Shown here one piece after another: positions 45,585-55,405 of a DNA stretch of 64,000 nucleotides (within the stretch, counting starts at the first letter, position 1; each line of letters starts with the position of its first letter). Source of the DNA: a bacterium. Its GTDB lineage: Bacteria; Patescibacteriota; Saccharimonadia; Saccharimonadales; UBA4665. Under the pieces are notes generated by a model. That model was not told the DNA's origin. It did no database searches and was given only the letters and a program-made list of their open reading frames with translations. The DNA lies in the NCBI GenBank assembly GCA_021783725.1, contig JAJXTN010000004.1, forward strand, positions 12,178 through 76,177, in the 5' to 3' direction. A program made the position numbers and the translations under genes.

Positions 45585-46349
45585 CTAAAAAGTATATCGC
45601 CGTCTCGACCGATTTACGGCAATCCGCACATGATCCGAGACACTCCTCAAAGCAATTCTAAATACACCGTCAGTATGTGTGCTGTATGGCATGTGGGTAT
45701 AGTCATCTATACGTACTGCTTTTATTTTTAATTTGTTTGCCTGAGCAATTGCCAAAATTTCCAAATCAAAACCCCAGCCGAGAATAGTTAACTTCGAAAA
45801 ACAAAGTTGAGCGGCTGGAGCAGTAAACATTTTGAAGCCACACTGAGTGTCCTCAACCTTCATTCCTCCAGCTAAACGATACAACGAGTTGCCAAAACTA
45901 GAATACAGCGACCTAAATTTATTCGTACGATATACTCGAAGATTACGAGTACCAATCACCACATCAGCGTCTCGAGTGCACTCATTATAGAATGTTTTAA
46001 GATGTCGCAGTGGTGTAGCCAGATCGGCATCCATAAAGATAATTATGCTACCGGCTGCGCGTTGTACGCCGTACTGCACATCACGGCCTTTACCAACCAC
46101 CGCACCTGGCTTTAATAATCTAAGATGACGGAACCGAGATTGCTTCTCTAAAACAATTTCGTACGTGCGATCAGAGCTGTCAGCAGCTACGATGAGCACT
46201 TCGACTGTCTTATTTTTGAAAAAACTATCGTGCTTTAGGAAATATGCAAGTTCATCAAGTGTCTTGCCAATGCGTTTCTCCTCATGAAGCGCTGGGATAA
46301 TGATCGATATGTCAGGCTGTTTCTGTACTGAGATCTTCGATGATTTCAT
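45585..46349 (-). CDS. family 2 glycosyltransferase (polyprenyl-phosphate sugar synthase-like)
   Basis: ISIIIPALHEEKRI..., FMDADLATP (DxD) and QCGFKMF. The start at 46349 has good SD spacing. Confidence 0.8.
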   Translation of the reverse strand: MKSSKISVQKQPDISIIIPALHEEKRIGKTLDELAYFLKHDSFFKNKTVEVLIVAADSSDRTYEIVLEKQSRFRHLRLLKPGAVVGKGRDVQYGVQRAAGSIIIFMDADLATPLRHLKTFYNECTRDADVVIGTRNLRVYRTNKFRSLYSSFGNSLYRLAGGMKVEDTQCGFKMFTAPAAQLCFSKLTILGWGFDLEILAIAQANKLKIKAVRIDDYTHMPYSTHTDGVFRIALRSVSDHVRIAVNRSRRRYTF

Positions 46350-46821
46350 TGCCATGCCTCTTACCGTTAAAAACGAATATCCTGTAGCCATTATAATTCC
46401 AAAACATTACGGCCAGTGATGCGATGACGTTGCTTAGATTTACGTTAACGAAGCTATCGCTTAAACGTAGGCCAAGGCCTCTTTGTATTACACCCGCTAT
46501 GCCTGCTTCATGATGATTCAATAAAACAATGCAGAGTGCATAAACCGAATTCTGTATCAAAAAGACACCCAAGACCGATACGACCATGAACTGGGGTAGT
46601 TTCTTGATTGGGCGCTCTTTATCAGAAAATACAAAGTTGCGATTTAGAATAAAACTAACTGTAATGGCACAAGAGGTAGCGATAACAATTGAGATAATCT
46701 TATTCTGATGCAGTCCATAATACATAAAATTAAGAACTGCAAAGTTTGTTATGGTATTGACGGCGCCAGCAATAGTAAATCGGGTTACTCGAGAAGCCAC
46801 TAAACGTTTGGCGTATTTCAT
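46312..46821 (-). CDS. GtrA-family membrane protein
   Basis: RFTIAGAVNTITNFAVLNFMYY, four TM segments and the typical GtrA size. Confidence 0.8.
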   Translation of the reverse strand: MKYAKRLVASRVTRFTIAGAVNTITNFAVLNFMYYGLHQNKIISIVIATSCAITVSFILNRNFVFSDKERPIKKLPQFMVVSVLGVFLIQNSVYALCIVLLNHHEAGIAGVIQRGLGLRLSDSFVNVNLSNVIASLAVMFWNYNGYRIFVFNGKRHGNEIIEDLSTETA

Positions 46822-46923
46822 AATTGAAGCTCCTGATGACAGTATACCTTCGTTTGTCGGCATTAAGCATTATTGATAAGATTGGTGTTAAGGTATTGCT
46901 TAAGATGTGAAGTTACTTTAATT

Positions 46924-48654
46924 ATGGAACGATTGTTGTCCAAGATAAATAATCTCGAGCCTTGGCAAGTCACTTGCGTCATATTCGTCTTAGGTTTTAT
47001 AGTATTTTTTTCTGGCCTAAATGGTGGGTTCCAAGGCGATGATGCGTTTCAAATCGTAAGTAATACACCGGTGCATTCATTTTCCAACGTTGGGCATTTC
47101 TTTCAATCAGGTACTTTCTATAACGGTTACCAACTTACTGGCGACTATTACAGACCAATGATGTCGACTTTATTCTCAATAATATATACACTATTCGGTC
47201 CTCACCCAATTGCATTCCATATCGTACAACTCGTTTTGTACCTTTCCGGGGCCTTTGTTCTATACCTGATTTTTAGACATTTCTTTAAACAACTCTTAGC
47301 TTTAGCGCTCGTCCTCATATTCGTCGTCCATCCGCTCAACTCTCAAGACGTATATGCTGTTCCATCTATGCAGGATGCGTTGTTCTTCTTATTTGGCACC
47401 CTCTCTATGTGGACACTTATTACTTACAAGTCGACGCGTAGCATGATATTGGCTGCAACCTTTTTGTTTTTGGCATTACTTTCCAAGGAGGCGGCGCTTG
47501 TATTTGTCGCTTTGGCTTTACTGTACTTATTTATATTTGACCGAAATAGATTATACAAATTTATTAAAATTATGGCTTTACCATTCATTATTTATTTTGC
47601 TCTCAAAGCTAATGCGGTGGGACTTGTCGGTAGACATCCTAATGGCGGGCCGATAGATAACTATGGCTTTTTTGAGCGCATATACACTATCCCGTCGCTT
47701 ATCACATTCTATGCATCAAAGTTTGTTTTTCCTCGACAGCTTGCCAATAACTACTATTGGGTATATTCAAGTTTTAGTGTCCGCCACGTACTACTCCCAC
47801 TATTGGCCGACTCAGCAATAATTGGAATGTTTATCTATCTAGGCTTCCGAGTGCGTCAAAGATTATCTAATGATAGTTTAAAGACTTATTTGTTTTTCAT
47901 GACCTGGGCAGTTCTCAGCCTCGGCATATACCTTCAATTTATACCCCTAGACATGACTGCTTGTGAGGGATGGTTCTACTTTTCTATGGCAGGACTACTC
48001 GGTGCTCTCGGTGTTATAGTACAAACTTTTAACTTAAAGTTAAGTCCAAACTCAATGGCACTACTTGTTGTTTTGTTGGTGGGTGTGCTTGGTGTGCAAA
48101 CGGCAGTACGAGGGACTAATTATCACAATCAATACACTCTGGCTGTCCACGATGTAAAAGTTTCCAAAGAGGATTACTTTGCCATGAACAACCTCTCTCA
48201 AACTCTTATCGACCAAAAACGATATCAGGAAGCTATCATATACGCCAAACAATCAATTAATATATACCCTGTTACTAATAACTTTAACAACCTTGGTGTG
48301 GCCCTTGAGCAAATGGGTAATTATTCTGCCGCACAAACTGCGTATGAACAGGCTCTAAAATACGGTGAAATGGACATCATATACGAAAACCTAAGTTTGA
48401 TTCTCATGATGTATTCAACCCCGACATCGACTGAACAGTTTTTCCAAAAAGCCATTAATGCATACCCGCACGATTTTAAGCTATTGGTATATTACTCGCT
48501 TTTTCAAGGTGCTCAGGGTCATACAGATATTGCGAAAACTTATATATCAACTGCTACCAAGTATGGAAATGTTCCGGCCTTGATATACGACAACATCATA
48601 AGCGATCGACCGTTCTCAATTCTTTTACTCGGCAAGACTCTATTGGTCAAATAG
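46924..48654 (+). CDS. GT-C-type membrane glycosyltransferase (PMT/TMTC-like) with C-terminal TPR repeats
   Basis: A first-loop GDDAFQIV...YYRP motif, about 10 TM segments and C-terminal TPR-like repeats (...NNLGVALEQMGNYSAAQTAYEQALK...). Confidence 0.7.
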   Translation: MERLLSKINNLEPWQVTCVIFVLGFIVFFSGLNGGFQGDDAFQIVSNTPVHSFSNVGHFFQSGTFYNGYQLTGDYYRPMMSTLFSIIYTLFGPHPIAFHIVQLVLYLSGAFVLYLIFRHFFKQLLALALVLIFVVHPLNSQDVYAVPSMQDALFFLFGTLSMWTLITYKSTRSMILAATFLFLALLSKEAALVFVALALLYLFIFDRNRLYKFIKIMALPFIIYFALKANAVGLVGRHPNGGPIDNYGFFERIYTIPSLITFYASKFVFPRQLANNYYWVYSSFSVRHVLLPLLADSAIIGMFIYLGFRVRQRLSNDSLKTYLFFMTWAVLSLGIYLQFIPLDMTACEGWFYFSMAGLLGALGVIVQTFNLKLSPNSMALLVVLLVGVLGVQTAVRGTNYHNQYTLAVHDVKVSKEDYFAMNNLSQTLIDQKRYQEAIIYAKQSINIYPVTNNFNNLGVALEQMGNYSAAQTAYEQALKYGEMDIIYENLSLILMMYSTPTSTEQFFQKAINAYPHDFKLLVYYSLFQGAQGHTDIAKTYISTATKYGNVPALIYDNIISDRPFSILLLGKTLLVK

Positions 48655-48713
48655 AACCTGCTTAAGCAATTTATTGTGCTACGATTAATGAAGTATTGGG
48701 TGTTTGGAGTTAC

Positions 48714-49439
48714 ATGGCATCGGTGATAAAAATTGAAAAATTGACGGTTGTGCTCGGGGGCAGGGTTGAAGCCCTGAAAGATGTTAATTTGGAGCTGTTT
48801 GACGATAAAATCGTCGGCATCATCGGGCCGTCAGGGGCCGGCAAAACAACGCTAATTCGGTCAATCGTCGGTCGCCAAAAACTTCAGCAGGGAAGTGTAA
48901 CGATTCTCGGTCTGCCGGCCGGATCACGAAAATTGCGCTCACAGTTAAATTACATGACTCAAGCCGTTTCAGTCTATGAAGACTTAACGGTCATCCAGAA
49001 TCTCCGCTATTTCGCGACCATGCGCGGGCTAAACCGCCAAACGGCCAACGACACAATTCCGACACTGCTGGCCGATATCGATATGACCAATCAAGCCAAT
49101 CAGCTGGTACACAGCCTGTCTGGTGGCCAAAAACAGCGCGTATCATTAGCTATCGCCCTGATTGGCCAACCAAAAATAATGGTCCTCGACGAACCAACTG
49201 TCGGGCTCGATCCCTTACTTAGGGACCAGATATGGCAATTATTCCACAAGCTTAAAGCTCGCGGTATCAGCATCATTATCACCAGTCACGCCATGGACGA
49301 AGCCGAGCGCTGTGAAGACCTCATATTAATCCGAAATGGCCAGATTCTAGCCCACGATTCACCCCAAGAACTATGTACTAAAACTGGCAGTAAAACCGTT
49401 GAGCAAAGCTTTTTGAAGCTAGTCGGAGACAAACGATGA
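48714..49439 (+). CDS. ABC transporter ATP-binding protein
   Basis: Walker A GPSGAGKTT, signature LSGGQKQR and Walker B IMVLDEPT. Confidence 0.9.
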   Translation: MASVIKIEKLTVVLGGRVEALKDVNLELFDDKIVGIIGPSGAGKTTLIRSIVGRQKLQQGSVTILGLPAGSRKLRSQLNYMTQAVSVYEDLTVIQNLRYFATMRGLNRQTANDTIPTLLADIDMTNQANQLVHSLSGGQKQRVSLAIALIGQPKIMVLDEPTVGLDPLLRDQIWQLFHKLKARGISIIITSHAMDEAERCEDLILIRNGQILAHDSPQELCTKTGSKTVEQSFLKLVGDKR

Positions 49440-50170
49440 GTGTTCGCAAAACGTTCGCCACGGCGATTCGAGTCATCCAGCAATTACTGCATGACCCCCG
49501 AACTTTAGTATTAATATTGCTGGTTCCAGGAATACTTTTAACAATTCTGAAATACGTGTTTTATAACGATCAAGCTCGCTTTAATAATATTGCGCCGGAA
49601 ATACTAGGAATTTTCCCGCTGGTCATGATGTTCATCATCACGTCGATAGCCACAGTCCGCGAACGAACCGCCGGTACGCTCGATAGGTTGATGACATATC
49701 CGATGTCAAAGCTTGATTTTATCCTCGGTTACGCTCTGGCTTTCGCCGTCGTAGCTTTCGCCCAGGCCGTAATAGCTACTGGGGTGGTCTTGGGATTACT
49801 GAAAGTCACCGTCCAGGCGGGCGCTTTGCCGGTCATCATTTGTGCGGTTGTGGCGGCGTTATTGGGTACGGCGCTTGGTTTATTCATGAGTGCTTTTGCG
49901 ACCAGCGAATTTCAGGCTGTACAGTTCATGCCGGCCTTTATATTCCCTCAGTTATTGATTTGTGGCCTATTCGTTGCCCGTGATCAAATGGCACCATTCC
50001 TCCAAAAACTATCGAACATCATGCCCCTAACTTATAGTGTCGACGCTATGAAACAAGTCGCACACCACTCTGATTGGACGACCGAACTAACTAAAGACCT
50101 GCTGATTGTCGCTAGCTTCGGGGTTGTCGCTCTGATATTAGGTTCGGTGACGATTCGTCGCCAAGACTAG
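49436..50170 (+). CDS. ABC-2 type transporter permease
   Basis: Six TM segments. The start overlaps the ATPase stop (ATGA). Confidence 0.85.
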   Translation: MSVRKTFATAIRVIQQLLHDPRTLVLILLVPGILLTILKYVFYNDQARFNNIAPEILGIFPLVMMFIITSIATVRERTAGTLDRLMTYPMSKLDFILGYALAFAVVAFAQAVIATGVVLGLLKVTVQAGALPVIICAVVAALLGTALGLFMSAFATSEFQAVQFMPAFIFPQLLICGLFVARDQMAPFLQKLSNIMPLTYSVDAMKQVAHHSDWTTELTKDLLIVASFGVVALILGSVTIRRQD

Positions 50171-50364
50171 CAGTCAAGATTGTAGGAATATTTACAGCGC
50201 CGATTCAGTTAAGCAGGTTACTATAGTCGAGTAAGCTGCGGGAGGCTGACATGCAACACACATCTACGGAGACAAACTCTAGGTCACACACTAGGACTTG
50301 GTGGCGCCAGTACATACAGTACTAGTTGCCCATTCCGAACATCCATTCATATCTATTGACGATG

Positions 50365-51207
50365 CTATTTTATTATTTTTATCGGCCAAAGTTTTCGACT
50401 TTTAACTAGCGCAATTTCCATTGAGTAATAGACTATTTGCGACTGTAAATATATCCAGAACAATAGTCCTAGCGAAACAGCAAATGTACTATACAGTGCA
50501 TCGAGATTCTTGAGCACGCGACCCAATATGTAGGCCCCGAGTATTTGCATCGTCACCAGGCCGATGGCTGTAAATAGTGATGCCAGGTGTATTTCTTTGG
50601 TAGCGATTTTACCGACCAACACTAAGTTAAACAGCACGTTAAACACCAGATACAAGACAATGGCATCAGCAATATATGATAATAACCACCAAAATGGACT
50701 GTTGCCATAAGTGGCGACCGTACCAGTAATCCCAGCCGCAATGAATAAGCCTAAGCCCCCGAAAACAATCGTCGTGATGTCTTTGATGATCGAATTCGGA
50801 AAGCCCAACATGTGACTACGAGTAATACCCCAAACATGATTCGACCCATTACGAAACACCGAAGCGACTCCTCGAGCACCATACAGCAAGAACAACAAGC
50901 CGACCAATAAAGCCAAGCCATTTCGATGCAAGCTTTGAATATGGGTCGTTAATTGATTACCGAGTGTTGGAGAATTGCCAGTTAAAGCGTTGACGACATC
51001 GGTCTGTAAATGGAGGTTGTTGAAAGCCAGTATTTGTAAAATGGTCGTCGCTACCAATAGTAACGGGAATAGAGCCAGAAAACCGTAATAAGTTAGCAGG
51101 GCAGCTTGATTACCGGCTTGGTCGTCCCCGTACTTCTTGATAACGGCTATTGGAAAAGCCAGGACTGGATGTTTGGATTGGATATGGTCGAATTTTTGAA
51201 AGTTCAT
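50365..51207 (-). CDS. YihY/BrkB-family membrane protein
   Basis: AALLTYYGFLALFPLLLV and a six-TM pattern. Confidence 0.8.
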   Translation of the reverse strand: MNFQKFDHIQSKHPVLAFPIAVIKKYGDDQAGNQAALLTYYGFLALFPLLLVATTILQILAFNNLHLQTDVVNALTGNSPTLGNQLTTHIQSLHRNGLALLVGLLFLLYGARGVASVFRNGSNHVWGITRSHMLGFPNSIIKDITTIVFGGLGLFIAAGITGTVATYGNSPFWWLLSYIADAIVLYLVFNVLFNLVLVGKIATKEIHLASLFTAIGLVTMQILGAYILGRVLKNLDALYSTFAVSLGLLFWIYLQSQIVYYSMEIALVKSRKLWPIKIIK

Positions 51208-51313
51208 TTTAAGTAATTATACTTCTTAAACTTAAATTTAGTGAGAAACTTCACAGCATAGTTTAAGTCTCAAGTTAGATACTAATACTACCAGCTAAAA
51301 AGGAGAATCACCC

Positions 51314-51445
51314 ATGTCACACGAAGACGCTGAAACCCTAATGGACGAATTCGAAAAACAAGACGCTCGCAAAGCTAAGCACAGTTACATAACTCGCATG
51401 GAGCACAAACTATTTCGACGCGGACGAGTCAGAGCGACTAGATAG
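51314..51445 (+). CDS. possible 43-aa basic protein
   Basis: AAAGGAG lies 7 nt upstream of the ATG. Translation: MSHEDAETLMDEFEKQDARKAKHSYITRMEHKLFRRGRVRATR. Confidence 0.4.
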   Translation: MSHEDAETLMDEFEKQDARKAKHSYITRMEHKLFRRGRVRATR

Positions 51446-51449
51446 TTAG

Positions 51450-52151
51450 CTAGAAACGGATTCGGTCCATCAGCCGATCAATAGCGTCGTGGCTACGTTC
51501 TTCGAACGGCAGACGTGGCGTCAATATCTCGACAATCTGGTCAGATTGGTCGGCAGAGAAGTATATCGCCCTTAACGGCGAGAATCGTTTCAGGGGCATG
51601 AAAACCACGCTCATGAACGCACCTTCTTCGAGTATCGAAAAAGATCTGAACTCATCATATGGGTAATGTTTATCACCGATATCTACACCTGAACTACTCA
51701 ATTTATAGTGTTGCTCATTGGGCTGTCTAGATGCGTAATAACCCAGTAGCACCGCTCCGAAGATAACAAAGCCGGCGGTAATGAAGTCTTTGGTTAGAAA
51801 ATATAGAACCACCGAAACAACTATCGCCCCACCAGCTAAGGCACCGTACCAGCCCCGGGTTTTCTGATGAGAAATATACTCTGAGGCTGTCCAAGTGACC
51901 GAAACGTCTGTCTGATCTAGTTGAGTCGACTTGTCTTCGTGATAAAAGTTTGGCTCACCAGTTTCAGGACTAGCGGGTTGGCTGGATGTAGCAACTGGCG
52001 GCTGAGGAGCTGGTGGCAGCTCGGCAGGCGAGGCCGTAGCCGGCTCTTGAGTAGTTGGAGTTGTAGCGCCCGGTGAAACAACTACTCCTGGCAAATTATT
52101 AACTGCCGGTTGATCGTTCTGAGCACCATCTTGATTATCTGGCATAAGCAT
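51450..52151 (-). CDS. hypothetical 2-TM membrane protein with a Pro-rich N-terminus
   Basis: Called from the hydrophobic hairpin GALAGGAIVVSVVLYFL / AGFVIFGAVLLGYY. The start codon is uncertain. Confidence 0.5.
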   Translation of the reverse strand: MLMPDNQDGAQNDQPAVNNLPGVVVSPGATTPTTQEPATASPAELPPAPQPPVATSSQPASPETGEPNFYHEDKSTQLDQTDVSVTWTASEYISHQKTRGWYGALAGGAIVVSVVLYFLTKDFITAGFVIFGAVLLGYYASRQPNEQHYKLSSSGVDIGDKHYPYDEFRSFSILEEGAFMSVVFMPLKRFSPLRAIYFSADQSDQIVEILTPRLPFEERSHDAIDRLMDRIRF

Positions 52152-52194
52152 TATTGTACCGTACCGCAACGATTCGACCCAAAAAGCTTATATA

Positions 52195-54615
52195 TCACAG
52201 GTCGACCCGCCGGAAGAATTGACGTTTAACAATTTCCGAGGATAGCAAATACGTTAGCGTAATAGCGACAACTGACGTCAAAGCGGTCACCGATAGTGGA
52301 CCGAACCGGAAATAGTGGCCTAGTGGCCCTAAAGCCACGAAAAAGCCTAGAGCGATCGTCCCTAGCGTACTGAACATCAAGTACGGGCTTGGCGTGCTCT
52401 GAATGAATGGAATTTTGCGCGTCCGAATAACATACACTACTAATGTTTGAGTCATCATTGATTCTAGGAACCAGCCTGACTGAAACGACGCTTCGCCATA
52501 ATGGAACACGAAAAGTAGCATAGCGAAAGTCGTGAAGTCGAAGAAAGAGCTAAGCGGGCCAAACACCCACATGGCTTTCTTGAGAGAAGCAATCTTTAGT
52601 ACCCGAGGTTGTTTGAGACGTTCGGTATCGACATTATCGAGTGGTATTGCCAGCTGTGATGTGTCGTACAGCAGATTGGTTAACAATATCTGCGTCGCTT
52701 TCATCGGTAGAAAAGGCAAGAACATCGATCCGGCGGCCATCGAGAACATATTGCCAAAATTCGAGCCTAACGACATCATCAAGTACTTGATGGTGTTGGC
52801 ATAAGTTCGACGGCCTTCGATGACGCCGTCAATCAGACTTTTGAGACTTTTGCGCAATAGAATTAAATCAGCTGTGGCTTTGGCGATATCAACAGCATTA
52901 TTAACACTTATACCGATGTCCGCGGCTTTAATCGATGGCGCATCGTTAATGCCGTCACCAAGATAGCCAACTACGTGCTTATTGGCTTGTAAGGTTTCAA
53001 TGATTCGCAATTTCTGTTCAGGATTAACTCGCGCAAACACGTTAACCGTCTCGACAGCCGCACACAACTGTTTTTCCGACATTTTTTCAATCTCATTGCC
53101 GGATAACACCCCAGCAATCTCCAAACCAATGTCTTCAGCGATTTTGCGAGTGACTAGAGCGTTGTCGCCGGTCACTATTTTGACCGCAATCCCATAATCG
53201 CGGATTCGGTCGAGGGTTACTCGAACTGATTGTTTAGCCGGATCTAGGAAAGCCATGAAACCGATAAATGTCATTTTCTGTTCGACATCAGGTTCATAGT
53301 CGTCCTTGGTTACTACGTTACGAGTCGCTACTGCCAGAACCCTAAAACCTTCGGCACTGAGCGCTTCATACTCGGCTTGGACTTTGGCTTTAACGTCACT
53401 GAATGGTTGACCGTCAGCATACTCTACACAGATACGCATGATTTCTTCTGGTGCGCCTTTAGATACCAGCAATCGTCCCGTATCATGCTTAACTACCACT
53501 GACTCACGTTTGCGCTCAAAGTCATAAGGAATCTCGTCAACCTTATGATAGCCAGTCGTATTAACGGTTTTGAAAGATTGCACAGCCTTGTCGAGCGGGT
53601 TCTCGAACCCGGTAGTGAAAATACTGGCGATATACCCGTATAGCAACACTTTGTCGGACTCACTACCAAAACCATCAACATATCGAACCAGAGTAATTTT
53701 ATCTTCGGTAAGCGTTCCGGTTTTATCGGTACACAGCACATCCATAGAGCCAAGATTCTGGATTGAAGATAAACGCTTAATGATTACGCCGTGTTTGGCC
53801 ATTGCCAGTGAACCCTTGGTGAGATTGAGCGTAATGATTAGTGGCAATAGTTCTGGCGTTAATCCAACCGCCAAAGCCACACTAAACAAGAAAGCCTCAA
53901 GCGGGTTGTGCCTAAACATAATGTTGAACAAAAAGATGAACACCACCAAAGCCACTGTGACTTTAATGATTAGGACGCTAAACTCTTTGATTTCGCGGTC
54001 AAACTCAGTTGGCTTGTCGCGGGCCGAAAGATCACGCGCTATATGTGAAAATTTTGTGGCCGAGCCAGTCTGTTTGATCAGCATCAATCCTTCACCACTA
54101 GTAATGCTTGAACCTAGGTACAGTTGCGAGTTAACCGGTTTGGGCTGGGGAAATGATTCACCGTTAAGCGCGGCTTCGTTGGCATACAAATCTTTGCCCT
54201 CGATGACTTCACCATCGGCCGGAATAAGTTTACCGGCCACCAATTTCACCACATCGCCTGGCACCAGACTGGCCAACGGCAGACTGACCCACAAGCCATC
54301 ACGCAGGACTTCAGCTTCAACCCTGACCCGCTCTTTTAACTCTTCTGCGGCGTGCTCGGACTTGTAAGAATTAACAAAATTGAGAATGGTCGACACCATA
54401 ACAATGGTAGTGATAATCACAAAACTAATAATGTCGCCCATGAAAGCCGAAAGAATGGCGGCCAGCATCAGGATAATGACTAGTGGATTGGTAAAATTAC
54501 TTAGAAAAGCCAGTATCCCAGGTAGTCGAGTAGTCTCAACTAGTGTGTTGGGGCCATATTTGTTTAGTTGTTTGGTGGCATTAGCAGTTGTTAGGCCTTG
54601 AGTGTCTGTGTTCAT
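52195..54615 (-). CDS. mgtA: magnesium-translocating P-type ATPase
   Basis: CTDKTGTLT, TGDN, GDGINDAP and the MgtA-specific LLTNLLYDTSQLAIPLDNVD. Confidence 0.88.
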   Translation of the reverse strand: MNTDTQGLTTANATKQLNKYGPNTLVETTRLPGILAFLSNFTNPLVIILMLAAILSAFMGDIISFVIITTIVMVSTILNFVNSYKSEHAAEELKERVRVEAEVLRDGLWVSLPLASLVPGDVVKLVAGKLIPADGEVIEGKDLYANEAALNGESFPQPKPVNSQLYLGSSITSGEGLMLIKQTGSATKFSHIARDLSARDKPTEFDREIKEFSVLIIKVTVALVVFIFLFNIMFRHNPLEAFLFSVALAVGLTPELLPLIITLNLTKGSLAMAKHGVIIKRLSSIQNLGSMDVLCTDKTGTLTEDKITLVRYVDGFGSESDKVLLYGYIASIFTTGFENPLDKAVQSFKTVNTTGYHKVDEIPYDFERKRESVVVKHDTGRLLVSKGAPEEIMRICVEYADGQPFSDVKAKVQAEYEALSAEGFRVLAVATRNVVTKDDYEPDVEQKMTFIGFMAFLDPAKQSVRVTLDRIRDYGIAVKIVTGDNALVTRKIAEDIGLEIAGVLSGNEIEKMSEKQLCAAVETVNVFARVNPEQKLRIIETLQANKHVVGYLGDGINDAPSIKAADIGISVNNAVDIAKATADLILLRKSLKSLIDGVIEGRRTYANTIKYLMMSLGSNFGNMFSMAAGSMFLPFLPMKATQILLTNLLYDTSQLAIPLDNVDTERLKQPRVLKIASLKKAMWVFGPLSSFFDFTTFAMLLFVFHYGEASFQSGWFLESMMTQTLVVYVIRTRKIPFIQSTPSPYLMFSTLGTIALGFFVALGPLGHYFRFGPLSVTALTSVVAITLTYLLSSEIVKRQFFRRVDL

Positions 54616-54696
54616 GATTATGCATTAACATTATAGCTTTAAGTCTCAAAAGCGTATGGTTATTAATTATCGCTCGCCATGCCCGTTCAAATCCCC

Positions 54697-54736
54697 CAAA
54701 AATGAATAGCCCTCCGTCGCTAAAGCTATGGAGGGC
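54697..54736 (-). terminator. terminator after the tRNA-Ser pair
   Basis: On the minus strand: GCCCTCC-loop-GGAGGGC followed by TATTCATTTTT. Confidence 0.5.
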
Positions 54737-54784
54737 ATCCTACTCGATAATATGTAAATCCTACGAAGCTTTAGCGAAGTAGGA

Positions 54785-54877
54785 TGGCGGAGAGGGAGGG
54801 ATTTGAACCCTCGCGGGGGATTGCTCCCCCCTATCGATTTAGCAAACCGACCCCTTCAGCCACTTGGGTACCTCTCC
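54785..54877 (-). tRNA. tRNA-Ser (anticodon GCU)
   Basis: Acceptor GGAGAGG/CCTCTCC, anticodon loop TTGCTAA, a long variable arm, T loop TTCAAAT and encoded CCA. Confidence 0.9.
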
Positions 54878-54921
54878 GTATCTGTTCGAGCAACCGTGTT
54901 ATTGTAACTCGTATTTTAATC

Positions 54922-55011
54922 TGGCGGAAGGGGTGGGATTCGAACCCACGGTACCATTGCTGGCACGACGGTTTTCAAGACCGTTTCCATCGACCACTCG
55001 GACACCCTTCC
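54922..55011 (-). tRNA. tRNA-Ser (anticodon UGA)
   Basis: Acceptor GGAAGGG/CCCTTCC, anticodon arm ACGGT-CTTGAAA-ACCGT, a long variable arm and encoded CCA. Confidence 0.9.
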
Positions 55012-55124
55012 ATAACAGAGGTAATTATATCTTTTCAGGCCTTATTCTCCAAACTTAAAAATGATTAATTACAGTTTACATACTCTTACAGTAGCTCAGG
55101 CCTAGCATCCGGCCACAATTCCTT

Positions 55125-55210
55125 GTCATCTTGAGCCCCACCTCTTAGGCTGGGGCAGGCTCCGTAGAAAGTTCTGTTTGAGTGGATCTCTCCATTTCAG
55201 TCGAGATGAC
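55125..55210. repeat. GTCAT...ATGAC double-hairpin element (copy D1)
   Basis: GTCATCTTGAGCCCCA...TGGGGC... ...GATCTCTCCATTTCAGTCGAGATGAC. Confidence 0.85.
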
Positions 55211-55225
55211 AGTGAGACGGTGTTT

Positions 55226-55318
55226 GTCATTCCAGACTTGATCTGGAATCTAATCTTTAATGTAGCTGGAGCGCTTTGCGCCAAAACTGATTGGATCCCA
55301 GGTCAAGCCTGGGATGAC
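55226..55318. repeat. GTCAT...ATGAC double-hairpin element (copy D2), inverted counterpart of copy A
   Basis: GTCATTCCAGACTTGATCTGGAATC ... GATCCCAGGTCAAGCCTGGGATGAC. Confidence 0.85.
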
Positions 55319-55405
55319 TTGGAATTTAAGCTGTTCGATAATTGATAAATGTTTATTGTGAAATTATTTGTTAAATGTGAAATGACAATTGTATAAATAG
55401 CTTTA

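Noticed and set aside
53570-54367. 265-aa plus-strand ORF.
   Set aside because: It lies entirely antisense within the strongly supported mgtA P-type ATPase gene. Its translation is Ser/Leu/Thr-rich low complexity with no motifs.
54616-54696. M-box (Mg2+) riboswitch upstream of mgtA.
   Set aside because: Only about 80 nt separate the mgtA start from the tRNA terminator. That is too short for an M-box, and I see no conserved M-box helices.
54784-55068. 94-aa and 64-aa plus-strand ORFs.
   Set aside because: They are antisense translations of the two tRNA-Ser genes (...GFEPSR..., ...GWDSNPR...).
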